Positions 1 to 10,325 of a stretch of 64,000 nt of DNA are shown here, piece after piece. Numbering within the stretch: the stretch's first letter is position 1; the number at the start of each line of letters is the position of its first letter. The position numbers and the translations under genes are program-made. The notes below the pieces were generated by a model, which saw nothing but the letters and a program-made list of their open reading frames with translations, made no database searches and was not told the origin of the DNA. This stretch comes from Nitrospirota bacterium (GTDB lineage: Bacteria > Nitrospirota > Thermodesulfovibrionia > Thermodesulfovibrionales > Dissulfurispiraceae), in contig CAVPZX010000006.1 in assembly GCA_963710375.1 (NCBI GenBank), forward strand, positions 64,001 to 128,000, written 5' to 3'.

Positions 1-341
1 AAGAGAGTACCCCCTCTGCGACATATAAAGGACAGGTGCCTGATAAGGTGAAGCAAAGAAGATTTGAAGAGATTATGAAGCGCCAGGCTCTAATATCACT
101 TGAGATAAACAGGGAGATTATCGGCAGACGCTTCAGGGCAATTGTTGACGAGGCCGCGGAAGACGTTATTCTTGCCCGGCTCTATTCACATGCCCCTGAA
201 ATAGACGGGGTAGTCATTATTGAAAGAGCGGAAACGCGGGAATGCGAAGATAAGCTTAAAGCCGGCGATCTGGTCACAGTTGAAATTACCGATGCATATG
301 ATTATGATGTGAAAGGCAAGCTCCTAAAGGATGGGATATAG
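1..341 (+). CDS. rimO: 3' part of ribosomal protein S12 methylthiotransferase RimO (TRAM domain); begins before the window
   Basis: C-terminal 'APEIDGVV..' and 'V.ITDAYDYD' motifs typical of the RimO TRAM domain. Confidence 0.8.
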   Translation, partial: ESTPSATYKGQVPDKVKQRRFEEIMKRQALISLEINREIIGRRFRAIVDEAAEDVILARLYSHAPEIDGVVIIERAETRECEDKLKAGDLVTVEITDAYDYDVKGKLLKDGI

Positions 342-344
342 GCA

Positions 345-1208
345 ATGGGCAATGGGCGAAAGATTCCGTATCTTCATATAGTTCTTTTCATCTTGACTTT
401 TCTGTCAACGCTTTCCGCGGGTGCGCTTCAGCAGGGGATAAATATTATTAAAACACCCGGTAAAATTGTTGCAGGGCTGCCTTTTGCCGGAACGCTTATG
501 ACCATACTGCTTTGTCATGAACTGTCCCACTATATTGCATCGAGAAAGAACCACACGGTTGCAACACTGCCGTATTTTATTCCGGCGCCCTCAATATTCG
601 GCACCTTTGGTGCGTTTATAAAAATGAAGTCGCCTATTCTTACACGGAGGGCGCTCATCGAAATCGGGGCATCAGGACCGATAGCCGGTTTTATTGTTTC
701 TGTAGCAGCCTGCGTAATAGGCCTCCACCTGTCAAAGGTGATACCGCTGCCGCAGGGAGAAAGCACACTCTCTCTCGGAGATTGCCTTCTGTTCTCATTT
801 CTTTCCCGCGTGATTCTCGGCGCCACCCCGGAACACTATGATATCTTGCTGCATCCTGTTGCTTTTGCGGGCTGGATAGGGCTTTTTGTAACCTCTCTCA
901 ACCTCATACCTATCGGCCAGCTTGACGGAGGCCATGTCTGCTATGCAATCCTGGGCGAACGGCAACGTCATGTCTCTCAATTCCTTGTGGTGTTGCTTGC
1001 TCTTCTGGGAATATCGTCATTGCTTGGCTTTCCCGGATGGGATGGTTGGCTTGTGTGGGCAGTACTGATGCTAATCCTCGGGATTAAGCACCCTCCCGTA
1101 TTGCACTGGGAATCGCCTCTCGATCCTAACAGAAAGACAATAGCATTGCTGACCCTTGTAATATTTATTATCACGTTTATCCCTGAACCTTTCAAAGTAT
1201 CTCTATGA
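345..1208 (+). CDS. Site-2 protease family (M50) intramembrane metalloprotease
   Basis: HELSH (HExxH) and NLIPIGQLDGG (NxxPxxxxDG) motifs, multiple TM segments. Confidence 0.9.
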   Translation: MGNGRKIPYLHIVLFILTFLSTLSAGALQQGINIIKTPGKIVAGLPFAGTLMTILLCHELSHYIASRKNHTVATLPYFIPAPSIFGTFGAFIKMKSPILTRRALIEIGASGPIAGFIVSVAACVIGLHLSKVIPLPQGESTLSLGDCLLFSFLSRVILGATPEHYDILLHPVAFAGWIGLFVTSLNLIPIGQLDGGHVCYAILGERQRHVSQFLVVLLALLGISSLLGFPGWDGWLVWAVLMLILGIKHPPVLHWESPLDPNRKTIALLTLVIFIITFIPEPFKVSL

Positions 1209-2011
1209 GTCCGCAGGTAATAACAAGCACGGCGAATCCGCTGATTAAGGAAGCACTGAGAATAAAGGAAAGACACGGCAGGCGAGGAGGCGCTTTTTTC
1301 CTTATTGAAGGCCCGCATCTTATTGAAATGTCGCTGGCTTCGCCGTATGCCTCTCTGAAGCAGGTTTTTTTTACTCAAGACTTCTCTTCCGCAAGGGAGG
1401 GCCGGCGGCTCTTAAAGCGGATGGAGGAAACATCCGTCAATCTGGTCGAAACCTCTCAACGGGTGATGGAAAAGCTAACTGATACCGAAACGCCTCAGGG
1501 GATAGCTGCAGTGCTGGAGCTTAAGACGGTTTCCCTTGATGCGATACCCCTTAAAAATATCCCCTTGCTCGTTGTTTGCGACGGTGTCCGTGACCCCGGC
1601 AATATAGGAACAATTATCCGGGCATCTGATGCAGCAGGGGCAGATGCAGTCCTGCTGACACCGGGCACATGCGATGCCTTTATACCTAAAGCAATCAGGG
1701 CGTCGGCGGGAAGTATTTTCACTATCCCGGTTCTCTCTGCCGGTGTCGGGGTACTTATGAGCTTTCTGGAGGAGCGGCGAATGAGGCTGTATGCAGCGGA
1801 TGTCCATGCCTCACATTCTCTCTACGAAACCGACTTCAGGGAGTCTGCTGCTATTGCTTTCGGCAATGAGGCTTACGGTATCGGTGCTGAACTTCTCAAG
1901 AAGGCCGACCTTAGGTTCAGGATTCCGGTTATCGGCAGGGCCGAAAGCCTCAATGTTGCCATGGCCGCATCCATCAGCATATATGAAGCTGTCAGGCAGC
2001 GGGGACTTTAA
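1205..2011 (+). CDS. TrmH/SpoU family RNA methyltransferase
   Basis: DPGNIGTIIR, FGNEAYG, ESLNVAMA SPOUT motifs. Confidence 0.9.
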   Translation: MSPQVITSTANPLIKEALRIKERHGRRGGAFFLIEGPHLIEMSLASPYASLKQVFFTQDFSSAREGRRLLKRMEETSVNLVETSQRVMEKLTDTETPQGIAAVLELKTVSLDAIPLKNIPLLVVCDGVRDPGNIGTIIRASDAAGADAVLLTPGTCDAFIPKAIRASAGSIFTIPVLSAGVGVLMSFLEERRMRLYAADVHASHSLYETDFRESAAIAFGNEAYGIGAELLKKADLRFRIPVIGRAESLNVAMAASISIYEAVRQRGL

Positions 2012-2100
2012 GGATAGGATGTTCCTGCCGTTATCTATTTTTGGTTATAATTGTTTATACTAATAACTAATAAAACTGGTATTGAAAGGAGACTTTTCGT

Positions 2101-2544
2101 ATGAAGGTTATTCTCAGGGAGGATGTTAAAGACTTGGGTCATATCGGGGAAGTTCTGACCGTTAAGGATGGCTACGCACGCAATTTTCTGTTGCCTAGGG
2201 GACTGGCGTCTGAGGCCAATCTAAAGAATGTCAAAGCCTTGGAGCATGAGAAGAGAAAGATACAGGAAACGGTGAGAAAGGCAAAATCCGGCGCTGAAGA
2301 ACTGTCTTCTAAAATTTCGGCTCTTACGATTACTATTAAGGCAAAGGCCGGAGAGGAAGACAAGCTGTTCGGTTCTGTTACCGCTATGGACATTGCGGAA
2401 ACGTTAAAACAGGAAGGACTGGATATAGACAGGAAGAAGATCGTTCTGGAAGAACCGATCAAGCGGCTGGGTAATTACACTGTGAGCGTTAAAGTCCATC
2501 CGGAAGTCTCGGCGCAGTTTACCGTCCAGGTGGTAAGTGAGTAG
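2101..2544 (+). CDS. rplI: 50S ribosomal protein L9
   Basis: [31 protein letters not shown]. Confidence 0.97.
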   Translation: MKVILREDVKDLGHIGEVLTVKDGYARNFLLPRGLASEANLKNVKALEHEKRKIQETVRKAKSGAEELSSKISALTITIKAKAGEEDKLFGSVTAMDIAETLKQEGLDIDRKKIVLEEPIKRLGNYTVSVKVHPEVSAQFTVQVVSE

Positions 2545-2568
2545 GACGATAAAGAGCGGAGGGTAGTA

Positions 2569-3939
2569 GTGCAGGATGCCGCAGTAAGCATAGACAAATT
2601 GCCTCCCCAAAATATTGAGGCGGAACAGTCCGTTCTGGGCGCCATAATTTTTGACAACGAGGCATTGCCTAAGGCCCTTGAAATGCTGGCCGTTGATGAT
2701 TTCTACAGGGAATCACACAGGCGTTTGTACGATGCGATGCTCGAACTCTTCAACAAGAACCAGCCTATCGACATTATCACGATCACTGATCATCTCAGGA
2801 AAACAAATGGACTTGATGCTGTCGGAGGCATTACATACCTCTCGAACCTGGCAAACAGTATTCCCACATCCGCTAATATACGGTATCATGCGAAAATAGT
2901 CCGCGAGAAGGCGCTGCTGAGGGCCCTGATACAGACTGCGACCCATATCAGCACAAAGGTGTATGAAGATGACCTCGAAGCTGATGACATGGTTGACTAC
3001 GCGGAAAAGGTCATATTCGATATAGCTGATAAAAGGACCAAGGCCTCTTTTACTACCATGAAGGACGTGGTCAAAGATACCTTTAAAATGATCGAGCACC
3101 TTTATGACAAAAAAGAAGCGATTACCGGGGTGCCGTCCGGTTTTAAGGACCTCGATGAACTGACCGCAGGCTTTCAGCCCGGCGAACTGATTATCATCGG
3201 GGGGAGACCGGGCATGGGCAAAACCGCGTTTGCGCTTAATGTCGCCCAGCACGTGGGGATCGAAATGAATGAGCCGGTGGCTGTATTCAGCCTCGAAATG
3301 TCCAAGGAACAGCTGGCGATGAGAATGCTCTGCGCCGAGAGCATGGTCGATTCCTCGCTAGTGAGGAAAGGCTTTATCAATAGACAGGATTGGCCGAAGC
3401 TCACCAGTGCGGCGGGAAGGCTTTCGGAAGCGCCGATTTTTATAGATGATTCTTCGGCCCTTACCGTCCTCGAGATAAGAGCTAAATCAAGGAGGCTCAA
3501 GTTGGAGCACCGGGGGCTGAGCCTTGTAGTAGTCGATTACCTTCAGCTCATGCGTAGCAGGGGAACTTTTGAAAGACGGGAACAGGAGATATCGGAAATA
3601 TCCCGCTCCTTGAAGGCGCTTGCCAAGGAACTGAAAATACCTGTGATAGCTTTGAGCCAGCTTAACAGGGCCGTGGAGCAGAGGAGCGGTAACAAGCCGA
3701 CACTTGCAGATATACGGGAATCAGGCGCTATCGAGCAAGATGCAGATGTGATCATATTCATTTATAAAGACAGCGACCAGGTCAGGAGCAACCCTGCAGT
3801 CAGGAATGTGGTTAAAATTGATATAGCCAAACAGAGAAACGGCCCCACGGGCAGTATCAATCTTACATTTCTGTCGAACTGCACAAAGTTTGTCGATCAC
3901 TCCGGCATGTCGTATGAGGCTGAAGAAGAGGCGTACTGA
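2569..3939 (+). CDS. dnaB: Replicative DNA helicase
   Basis: PPQNIEAEQSVLG, GRPGMGKT Walker A, DYLQL, SGAIEQDAD, AKQRNGP. Confidence 0.97.
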   Translation: MQDAAVSIDKLPPQNIEAEQSVLGAIIFDNEALPKALEMLAVDDFYRESHRRLYDAMLELFNKNQPIDIITITDHLRKTNGLDAVGGITYLSNLANSIPTSANIRYHAKIVREKALLRALIQTATHISTKVYEDDLEADDMVDYAEKVIFDIADKRTKASFTTMKDVVKDTFKMIEHLYDKKEAITGVPSGFKDLDELTAGFQPGELIIIGGRPGMGKTAFALNVAQHVGIEMNEPVAVFSLEMSKEQLAMRMLCAESMVDSSLVRKGFINRQDWPKLTSAAGRLSEAPIFIDDSSALTVLEIRAKSRRLKLEHRGLSLVVVDYLQLMRSRGTFERREQEISEISRSLKALAKELKIPVIALSQLNRAVEQRSGNKPTLADIRESGAIEQDADVIIFIYKDSDQVRSNPAVRNVVKIDIAKQRNGPTGSINLTFLSNCTKFVDHSGMSYEAEEEAY

Positions 3940-4742
3940 TGAGAAGACCTCCAGCTGTAGCAGGTCAGTTTTATTATGGAACGGCGGCACGTTTAAAGGG
4001 CCAGGTTGAGCAGTATATCAGCAGGGATACAGTCAAAGAGAAAGTAATCGGCGCCCTCTCGCCTCATGCCGGGCTGATGTATTCCGGGCATGTGGCCGGT
4101 GCAGTCTACTCCTCAATCAGCTTCCCCGAGACCTTTATTCTCCTGGGACCTAACCATACGGGGCTTGGCGCCTCATTGTCGCTAATGGCCTCGGGGGAAT
4201 GGGAGATACCTACCGGTATACTCTCCATTGATGAGGACCTGGCTGGAGCTATAGCAGGGGAGCTTCCTGCCATTTCCCGCGATACCCAGGCACATGAGTT
4301 TGAACATTCCATTGAGGTGCAGTTGCCGTTTATAGCCTATTTTTCGGACAACGCCAGGATAGTCCCAATTGCTGTGAAGAACGCGTCATTGCAGGACTGC
4401 AAGATTATAGGTGAGGGGATAGCCAGGGCGGTTAAGCATTCCGGCAGGTCGGTCGTAATTGTTGCAAGTTCGGACATGAGCCATTATGTTTCCGATGCGC
4501 TTGCAAGGACGCTGGATAACCTCGCCTTGAATGAGGTGCTTGAATTGAACCCGGAAGGACTCTATTCTGTAGTAGTAAAGCAAAACATTTCCATGTGCGG
4601 CTTTATTCCTGCGACAATCATGCTCTATGCCGCAAAGGCATTGGGGGCACTACAAGCCAGGCTTGTGAAATATGCGACATCAGGTGAGGTAAGCGGTGAT
4701 TATGAGCATGTTGTCGGATATGCAGGAGTTGTTGTAAAGTGA
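3939..4742 (+). CDS. amrB: AmmeMemoRadiSam system protein B (MEMO1 family)
   Basis: PAVAGQFY, PHAG..YSG, GPNHTG, EHSIEVQLPF, SSDMSHY, VGYAG. Confidence 0.9.
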   Translation: MRRPPAVAGQFYYGTAARLKGQVEQYISRDTVKEKVIGALSPHAGLMYSGHVAGAVYSSISFPETFILLGPNHTGLGASLSLMASGEWEIPTGILSIDEDLAGAIAGELPAISRDTQAHEFEHSIEVQLPFIAYFSDNARIVPIAVKNASLQDCKIIGEGIARAVKHSGRSVVIVASSDMSHYVSDALARTLDNLALNEVLELNPEGLYSVVVKQNISMCGFIPATIMLYAAKALGALQARLVKYATSGEVSGDYEHVVGYAGVVVK

Positions 4743-5368
4743 TCGATTGCGACGAGATCACCGCTGCTGTTATCCTTGCCGGCGGCGGTAGTCGTAGATT
4801 CGGGGCCTTAAAAAGCTTTATCAATATAGAAGGCATGCCCATTATAGCGAGGAACCTGGCCCTTCTCAGGGAATTATTCCGTGAAGTGTTTATCAGTACC
4901 AACTTGCCGGAGCCTTACTCTTGCCTCGGGGCGCCGCTTATCGGCGATGTGCTTCCTTCGAGGGGACCTATGTCGGGAATTTACTCTGCGCTGATTAATG
5001 CACAGGGGCCGGGTATTTTTGTCGTGGCCTGCGATATGCCTTTTTTGAACAAACAGGTCATGACCTTTATCCTTGAACGGAGCCTGCGCCACTGCAGGGA
5101 ATGTGGTCCCTGCGATGCAGCTATTCCTGTATTTAATAATTGGCCTCAGCCTTTGTCAGGTGTATATTCACGAACACTGCTGCCTTATCTGGAGGAGGCC
5201 GTCGTTCACGAAAAAACTTCACTGACCCGTTTTTTACACGAGGTGAACACATATTTTATCAGTGAATCGGATATGAGGGAAATAGACCCCGGGGGCAGGT
5301 CATTTATGAATATCAATACCATTGAAGATTATAAGGCGGTAAAACATAAAGTGAATAGTGAAACGTGA
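4739..5368 (+). CDS. mobA: Molybdenum cofactor guanylyltransferase
   Basis: ILAGGGSRRFG, GPMSGI, ACDMPF, NINT motifs. Confidence 0.88.
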   Translation: MIDCDEITAAVILAGGGSRRFGALKSFINIEGMPIIARNLALLRELFREVFISTNLPEPYSCLGAPLIGDVLPSRGPMSGIYSALINAQGPGIFVVACDMPFLNKQVMTFILERSLRHCRECGPCDAAIPVFNNWPQPLSGVYSRTLLPYLEEAVVHEKTSLTRFLHEVNTYFISESDMREIDPGGRSFMNINTIEDYKAVKHKVNSET

Positions 5369-5378
5369 ATGGTGAATA
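5351..5378 (+). repeat. Heptamer tandem repeat (GTGAAWN)4 spanning the mobA stop
   Basis: gtgaata gtgaaac gtgaatg gtgaata; the TGA stop at 5366-5368 is inside the repeat. Confidence 0.7.
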
Positions 5379-5406
5379 AAAAAAATTTTGAGATTTTAGG
5401 AGTAGT

Positions 5407-6501
5407 ATGGAAAGAGGGCTTGTTGCTGAAATAGACTTGAAGGCGGTCTCCCATAATTTCAGGGTAACCAGGCAAATAACCGGAGGGAGGCCGGTCATCG
5501 CTGTGGTAAAGGCCGATGCTTACGGCCACGGAGCTGCCCAGGTATCTAAAAGGTTGGTCAGTGATGGGGCGGAATATCTTGCAGTTGCGTTTATGGATGA
5601 GGCCAGGGAATTGAGAGAGGCCGGCATTACCGTTCCGATTTTAGTGCTCTTTGACCCCGATAGTCACGAAGCTTTTGAATATAATCTTACGCCTGTTGTC
5701 GGCACTCTGAAAGCGGCATTTGATCTGTCGCGCGAGGCAGAGAAACGGGGCCGTAATATAAATATACATATTAAAGTCGATACCGGCATGGGGAGGTCCG
5801 GCTTTCTGGGACAGGTGCAACGCGATATCCTTGAGATTGCTCGTTTGAAGGGAATCACTATTGAAGGGGTTATGAGCCATTTCTCCGATGCCGACATCAG
5901 CGACCGCTTCTTTGCCTGTTCCCAGATTGCTGCGTTCAATACTCTTCGCAACGACCTGGCAGCTGCCGGATTACACATACCGCTGTATCATCTGGCGAAC
6001 AGCGCGGCAGTGATGGCTCTGCCTGAATCACATTGTGACGCTGTCAGACCCGGTATAATGCTTTACGGTCTCTCAAGCGGGGTTCCGACTGCTGATGTTC
6101 AATTGATCCCTGCCATGAGCGCGAGAGCCAGGATATTGGCATTGCGAAAGCTGCCGACCGGTACTCCTATAAGCTATGGGAGGACGTTTATTACTTCGAG
6201 AGAGAGCCTGATCGGCGTTATGGCAGCCGGTTATGCGGACGGTTTCAGCAGGCTTTTTTCGAATAATGCTTCAGTTTTGGTAAGGGGCAAAAGGGCCCCG
6301 GTTGTGGGCCGTGTATGCATGGATGTCACTATGATAGATGTTACGGACATTGCAGGGGTGTCTGAAACGGATGACGTGATCATTATGGGCAGTCAGGGGG
6401 AAGAGAGCATCAGTGCTGCAGAACTTGCTCAGTGGTCGGATACTATTCCTTACGAAGTAATGTTGTCCCTCGGAAGCAGGGCAAGGCGCATATATATTTG
6501 A
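5407..6501 (+). CDS. alr: Alanine racemase
   Basis: AVVKADAYGHG (PLP Lys), KVDTGMGR, SYG, GRVCMD. Confidence 0.97.
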   Translation: MERGLVAEIDLKAVSHNFRVTRQITGGRPVIAVVKADAYGHGAAQVSKRLVSDGAEYLAVAFMDEARELREAGITVPILVLFDPDSHEAFEYNLTPVVGTLKAAFDLSREAEKRGRNINIHIKVDTGMGRSGFLGQVQRDILEIARLKGITIEGVMSHFSDADISDRFFACSQIAAFNTLRNDLAAAGLHIPLYHLANSAAVMALPESHCDAVRPGIMLYGLSSGVPTADVQLIPAMSARARILALRKLPTGTPISYGRTFITSRESLIGVMAAGYADGFSRLFSNNASVLVRGKRAPVVGRVCMDVTMIDVTDIAGVSETDDVIIMGSQGEESISAAELAQWSDTIPYEVMLSLGSRARRIYI

Positions 6502-6510
6502 GGTTGGGAA

Positions 6511-8412
6511 TCAGTAGATCTCTTTATTGAGCAGAACATCTGTTTTGATATGATTCATCGAATAAACTTCATTTAAATACCTGGTAATATCAATCTGCTG
6601 CTTGCCAATATATGGCTTGAGGTAATTTACAGAATGCTCAACCATCTTTTTATACACACCATCATTGAGGAAATATGACGGAAAATCGACTATGCAGCTA
6701 TTAAGGACCGCATATAACTGTGGGTTGGTAAAATCCAGAAAGTCAAGATGACTGAAGGTCGCAATTATCTGTCCATCAAAGCTGTTCCATAACTTAACAA
6801 AAGCACTCATAAGAAAAGCAGGGAGTTTATTGATATCTTTAAATACCAGGATATCGAAATAGGAAAAATCCTCGACATACCACTGGTTGTCAGAGATATT
6901 GTTGCAAGGCACAACAATAACAGTTTTTGAGTTCATTCCAAAGCCCTCGAAGTTAATTATATTGCCCAGAATAAAGTGCGCGTAAGAAGCATCTTCATAT
7001 CTTAATGCCATTCTATTGAAACTTTTGAAAGTCTTCATGAGATATTCAAACCTGATATCCTTGCCAAAGTAGTTTTCAACAGCAAATGCACCGGCAGGTA
7101 GCGCAGGTTTCGATACGCTGCCCTTAACGGCAAAATCTGTTAAAATGGCCCTGGTCTCATTGACGCATGTATCAAAGAACTCCATGATTTTATTGTTGTC
7201 CATTCCCCTGGCCCTGAGTCTTCTTTCCAGGAAAAGCCCGCTATCTTTGTCTCTGTCCATAATGAACTTAACGGTAAGGAAGGTCAGGTATGCAATATAG
7301 GAAAAGATAAGTCCGTTTTTAGTTAATGATATTTTAATTTTTTCAGAAGGCGAATATTGTGGATTCAGTGTATTATGCGACAGGACATAACCACTATAGA
7401 GTTCCTCAAAAGCCCCCATGCCTTTTTCAAAATAGTATTTGTCTATCAGGATTGGATCTACACCAAATAATGCCTTCTCATACATCAGTGATACTTCCGA
7501 ATATAGCCTGGATGTTGATTTATAATAGTTGTCCAGTATGCCGCTGCTCTCCTTGATCAAAATCTCGACTCCGACCAGCTCACAGGCAAGAAGGGCGCTG
7601 CCTTCACGCTGTATGTCTGAAAAACCAAAGAGACGGCACAAATTTTTGAATACTGCAGATTTCAGAATATTATAAATCTGACAGTCCTTAAACGCGGACA
7701 AGGAATTCTCAGACCTAAAAATTCTCTTATGAACATAGTTCCGTAAAATCTCGCGAAGATTGTCGAGCCCAAGCCTGTTGACAGCAAAGTTGACATTTAA
7801 AGCGCAGACCTCTTTGCCGGCATCTGAACTGATTGCTCTTTCAAGCAATTCATCCTTCAGGAAGCGTTGATTCTGCTTGTTCGCTTTAGTAGTTTCTTCG
7901 TCCTGCTTACCATCTTCTTCAGCCTTTTTCCTTTCTTCTTCTGCTGCCGCCTTGCTCTCTTCTTCCTGCAGAGCGGAGATCTCTTCTATATAGATACCTA
8001 TCTTCCGGAAATTTGTCTCAGGGCTGTCTACCTCCATTAACAGATTTACCATTTTGGACAATATCTCGTCTTTTTTATATTGCTGGATGGATTTGTCCGA
8101 CACACTCATTTGAGGCGGGACGACTGCTTCTTTTGGTTTTTTTAACCTTTTAACAATAAAGTTGGGATCGTTAAAAGCTCCTAATAGTTGCAAGCCGATA
8201 TAATCCTTATCCTCCCAGCGAACATCTGTCTTTATTTCTAAAGTGGAAATCTTGAAGCTCAACGCCGGGGTTTTAGCTGCGAATCCGGGTGCTTTCTTTA
8301 TCTTCAGGCCTTTTCTACTGACCTCAACAATGCTTCCAATTCCCTCAACTGGAATCTCGTCGATAAAATACCTGTCGTGCTTCCTCTGGTTCAGAGGTTT
8401 TATCGTTGCCAT
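6511..8412 (-). CDS. Large hypothetical signalling protein with N-terminal PilZ-like domain and helical (HDOD-like) core
   Basis: QRKHDR (RxxxR) and EVSRKG PilZ-like motifs; 'FAVNRLG' resembles HDOD; start moved to ATG at 8412 (MATIKP) after a CAGGAAGG SD-like sequence. Confidence 0.55.
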   Translation of the reverse strand: MATIKPLNQRKHDRYFIDEIPVEGIGSIVEVSRKGLKIKKAPGFAAKTPALSFKISTLEIKTDVRWEDKDYIGLQLLGAFNDPNFIVKRLKKPKEAVVPPQMSVSDKSIQQYKKDEILSKMVNLLMEVDSPETNFRKIGIYIEEISALQEEESKAAAEEERKKAEEDGKQDEETTKANKQNQRFLKDELLERAISSDAGKEVCALNVNFAVNRLGLDNLREILRNYVHKRIFRSENSLSAFKDCQIYNILKSAVFKNLCRLFGFSDIQREGSALLACELVGVEILIKESSGILDNYYKSTSRLYSEVSLMYEKALFGVDPILIDKYYFEKGMGAFEELYSGYVLSHNTLNPQYSPSEKIKISLTKNGLIFSYIAYLTFLTVKFIMDRDKDSGLFLERRLRARGMDNNKIMEFFDTCVNETRAILTDFAVKGSVSKPALPAGAFAVENYFGKDIRFEYLMKTFKSFNRMALRYEDASYAHFILGNIINFEGFGMNSKTVIVVPCNNISDNQWYVEDFSYFDILVFKDINKLPAFLMSAFVKLWNSFDGQIIATFSHLDFLDFTNPQLYAVLNSCIVDFPSYFLNDGVYKKMVEHSVNYLKPYIGKQQIDITRYLNEVYSMNHIKTDVLLNKEIY

Positions 8413-8530
8413 GCCCGGTCCTTCCTGTTGAAGAAAATCATCAGGAACAATTATGTAACAGTCAAGAAAAAAATAGCAATGGCGAAGACAAAAGTGCCGA
8501 AGTCCGGTTGCTGCAGATATCAAAGAGGTC

Positions 8531-9559
8531 CTATCGAATCTTCAGGATCTTGGCGCCGCGAATCTTCCTTTCCTTAAGTTCCAGCAATGCCTTATTTGCA
8601 TCATCAAGCGCGTACTCCTGAATTTCAGGTTTGATGGGAATCTCGGCAGCAAGCGCCAAAAATTCTTCAACATCTTTTCTTGTGATGTTGGCTACGCTCT
8701 TTATCTCCTTCTCCATCCACAAATCACGGGGGTAATCAATATCAAATAGCGATTCCTTGTCCCTCTCCTCTTTACGGATAGCATTGATGACAAGCCGGCC
8801 TCCTTTCTCCAGGCTCCTCAATGCCTTCACAACCGGCTTCCAGGCAGGTGTGGTATCTATAATGGCGGTCAACTTCTCAGGCGGCTCATCTTCGGTATCC
8901 CCGGTCCAGAAAGCCCCTAGTTCCCGGGCAAATTCTCTCTCCTCCGTTGTTCTGGAAAAAACAAAAACCCTGGAGTTAGTATATTTGTATCGCAGAATTT
9001 TCAGGACCAGATGTCCGGAGGCCCCGAATCCTGTAAGCCCTATGTTTTCACCATCTTGCAAACCGGTCAACTTCAGCGAGCGATAGCCGATAGCTCCAGC
9101 GCAAAGAAGCGGGGCAGCCTCTGCATCAGAGAAGATATCGGGTATTCTATATGCAAAATCTTCTGAAACAACAGTGTATTCAGCGTACCCCCCGTTTGAA
9201 TCTCTTCCAGTCGCCATAAATTGAGCACACAAATTTTCGTTGCCTTCGAGGCAGAATTTGCATTTGCCGCAAGCAGAATTTATCCACGCTATTCCTACCC
9301 TTTCTCCAATATCGAACCTTTCTGCCCTACTCCCCGTGCGTTCGACCCTTCCAATAATCTGATGGCCCAAAACTATCGGGAAATGAGGTGGAGCGGTCCT
9401 TCCCTCGATCTCATCAATTTCAGTATGACAAACTCCGCACCGTGTGACTTTTACCAGAATTTCTTTCTCTCCGGCAACGGGCAACGGCATATCGATCAAC
9501 TCAAGGGGTTGACTATTCCTCTCAAAATACGAAACCCTGTTCAGCACCATGGCTTTCAT
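8531..9559 (-). CDS. Zinc-dependent alcohol dehydrogenase family protein
   Basis: CGVCHT, GHQ, CGKCKFC..C structural Zn site, LCAGAIGYR, GFGASG. Confidence 0.9.
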   Translation of the reverse strand: MKAMVLNRVSYFERNSQPLELIDMPLPVAGEKEILVKVTRCGVCHTEIDEIEGRTAPPHFPIVLGHQIIGRVERTGSRAERFDIGERVGIAWINSACGKCKFCLEGNENLCAQFMATGRDSNGGYAEYTVVSEDFAYRIPDIFSDAEAAPLLCAGAIGYRSLKLTGLQDGENIGLTGFGASGHLVLKILRYKYTNSRVFVFSRTTEEREFARELGAFWTGDTEDEPPEKLTAIIDTTPAWKPVVKALRSLEKGGRLVINAIRKEERDKESLFDIDYPRDLWMEKEIKSVANITRKDVEEFLALAAEIPIKPEIQEYALDDANKALLELKERKIRGAKILKIR

Positions 9560-9572
9560 TCGTATTCACCTC

Positions 9573-10130
9573 TTACCGCACTCGCAACAAGACGGCGCGA
9601 CTCCTTTGTATTCTTAAGTCACGTGAAACTTCAAATCCCCGGCTTTGAGCAATGGAAACGGTCTGCTCGAAATCCGGCTTTGATACATGTCCCCTGGGTT
9701 CTGCTACCAACAATTCTCCAGTCTGTTTCATTGTATTGTATATTTCACCAAACAAACGTTCTTTATCAGGCACCTCATGAAGTAACGCAAAGGCCAGCGC
9801 AAAATCGATTTTACCGGCAATGTCACTCACTCCAAGAGAGTTTTGACGACAAATTCGCACGTCAATTCTGTCGGATAATCCGGCTTTTAGAGCTCTCCTA
9901 ACGAGACCTTTAATCATTTTTTCTTGCAGATCCAGACAGACAACTTTCCCTGTTTTGCCCACAAGTTTAGCAAGCGGTAAAGAAAGAAATCCCATGCCGC
10001 AGCCAATATCTAAGACAGTCATGCCTTCCTTAACATAGGGGGCCACAATCTCTTCCGGATTCTGCAAAAGATGTCTCAATGGACTTACCAACAAATAACC
10101 CAACCACCAGGGACAGACTCTGTGACTCAA
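9573..10130 (-). CDS. Class I SAM-dependent methyltransferase
   Basis: VLDIGCGMG motif and N-terminal HRVCPWW; likely TTG start at 10130 after AAGGGGTG. The ORF-track start (10172) lies inside a MITE. Confidence 0.85.
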   Translation of the reverse strand: MSHRVCPWWLGYLLVSPLRHLLQNPEEIVAPYVKEGMTVLDIGCGMGFLSLPLAKLVGKTGKVVCLDLQEKMIKGLVRRALKAGLSDRIDVRICRQNSLGVSDIAGKIDFALAFALLHEVPDKERLFGEIYNTMKQTGELLVAEPRGHVSKPDFEQTVSIAQSRGFEVSRDLRIQRSRAVLLRVR

Positions 10131-10145
10131 TTCACACCCCCTTGA

Positions 10146-10325
10146 GGGCTCGCGAATAAATAACTTGCACATTGATGCATCTCAGATTCAGTCCATCTTT
10201 GCCCGGTCCTCAGTCGCAAAATCCTCGACGTAGCTGTGCTACGCCTGCGGTTTTGCTCAGTCGGATCAGCCAAATCTGACCCAAATCTGAGCGCCTGAAT
10301 ATACAAGTTATTTATTCTCGAGCCC
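10146..10325. mobile_element. 180-bp MITE-like element, family A copy 1, flanked by TGA direct repeat
   Basis: About 28-bp imperfect TIRs GGGCTCGCGAATAAATAACTTGCACATT / AATATACAAGTTATTTATTCTCGAGCCC; TGA at 10143-10145 and 10326-10328; similar inverted copy at 54391-54570. Confidence 0.85.

Noticed and set aside
228..251. Degenerate 8-mer repeat (GCGRRRAY x3) in the rimO 3' end
   Set aside because: Only three divergent units; could be chance.
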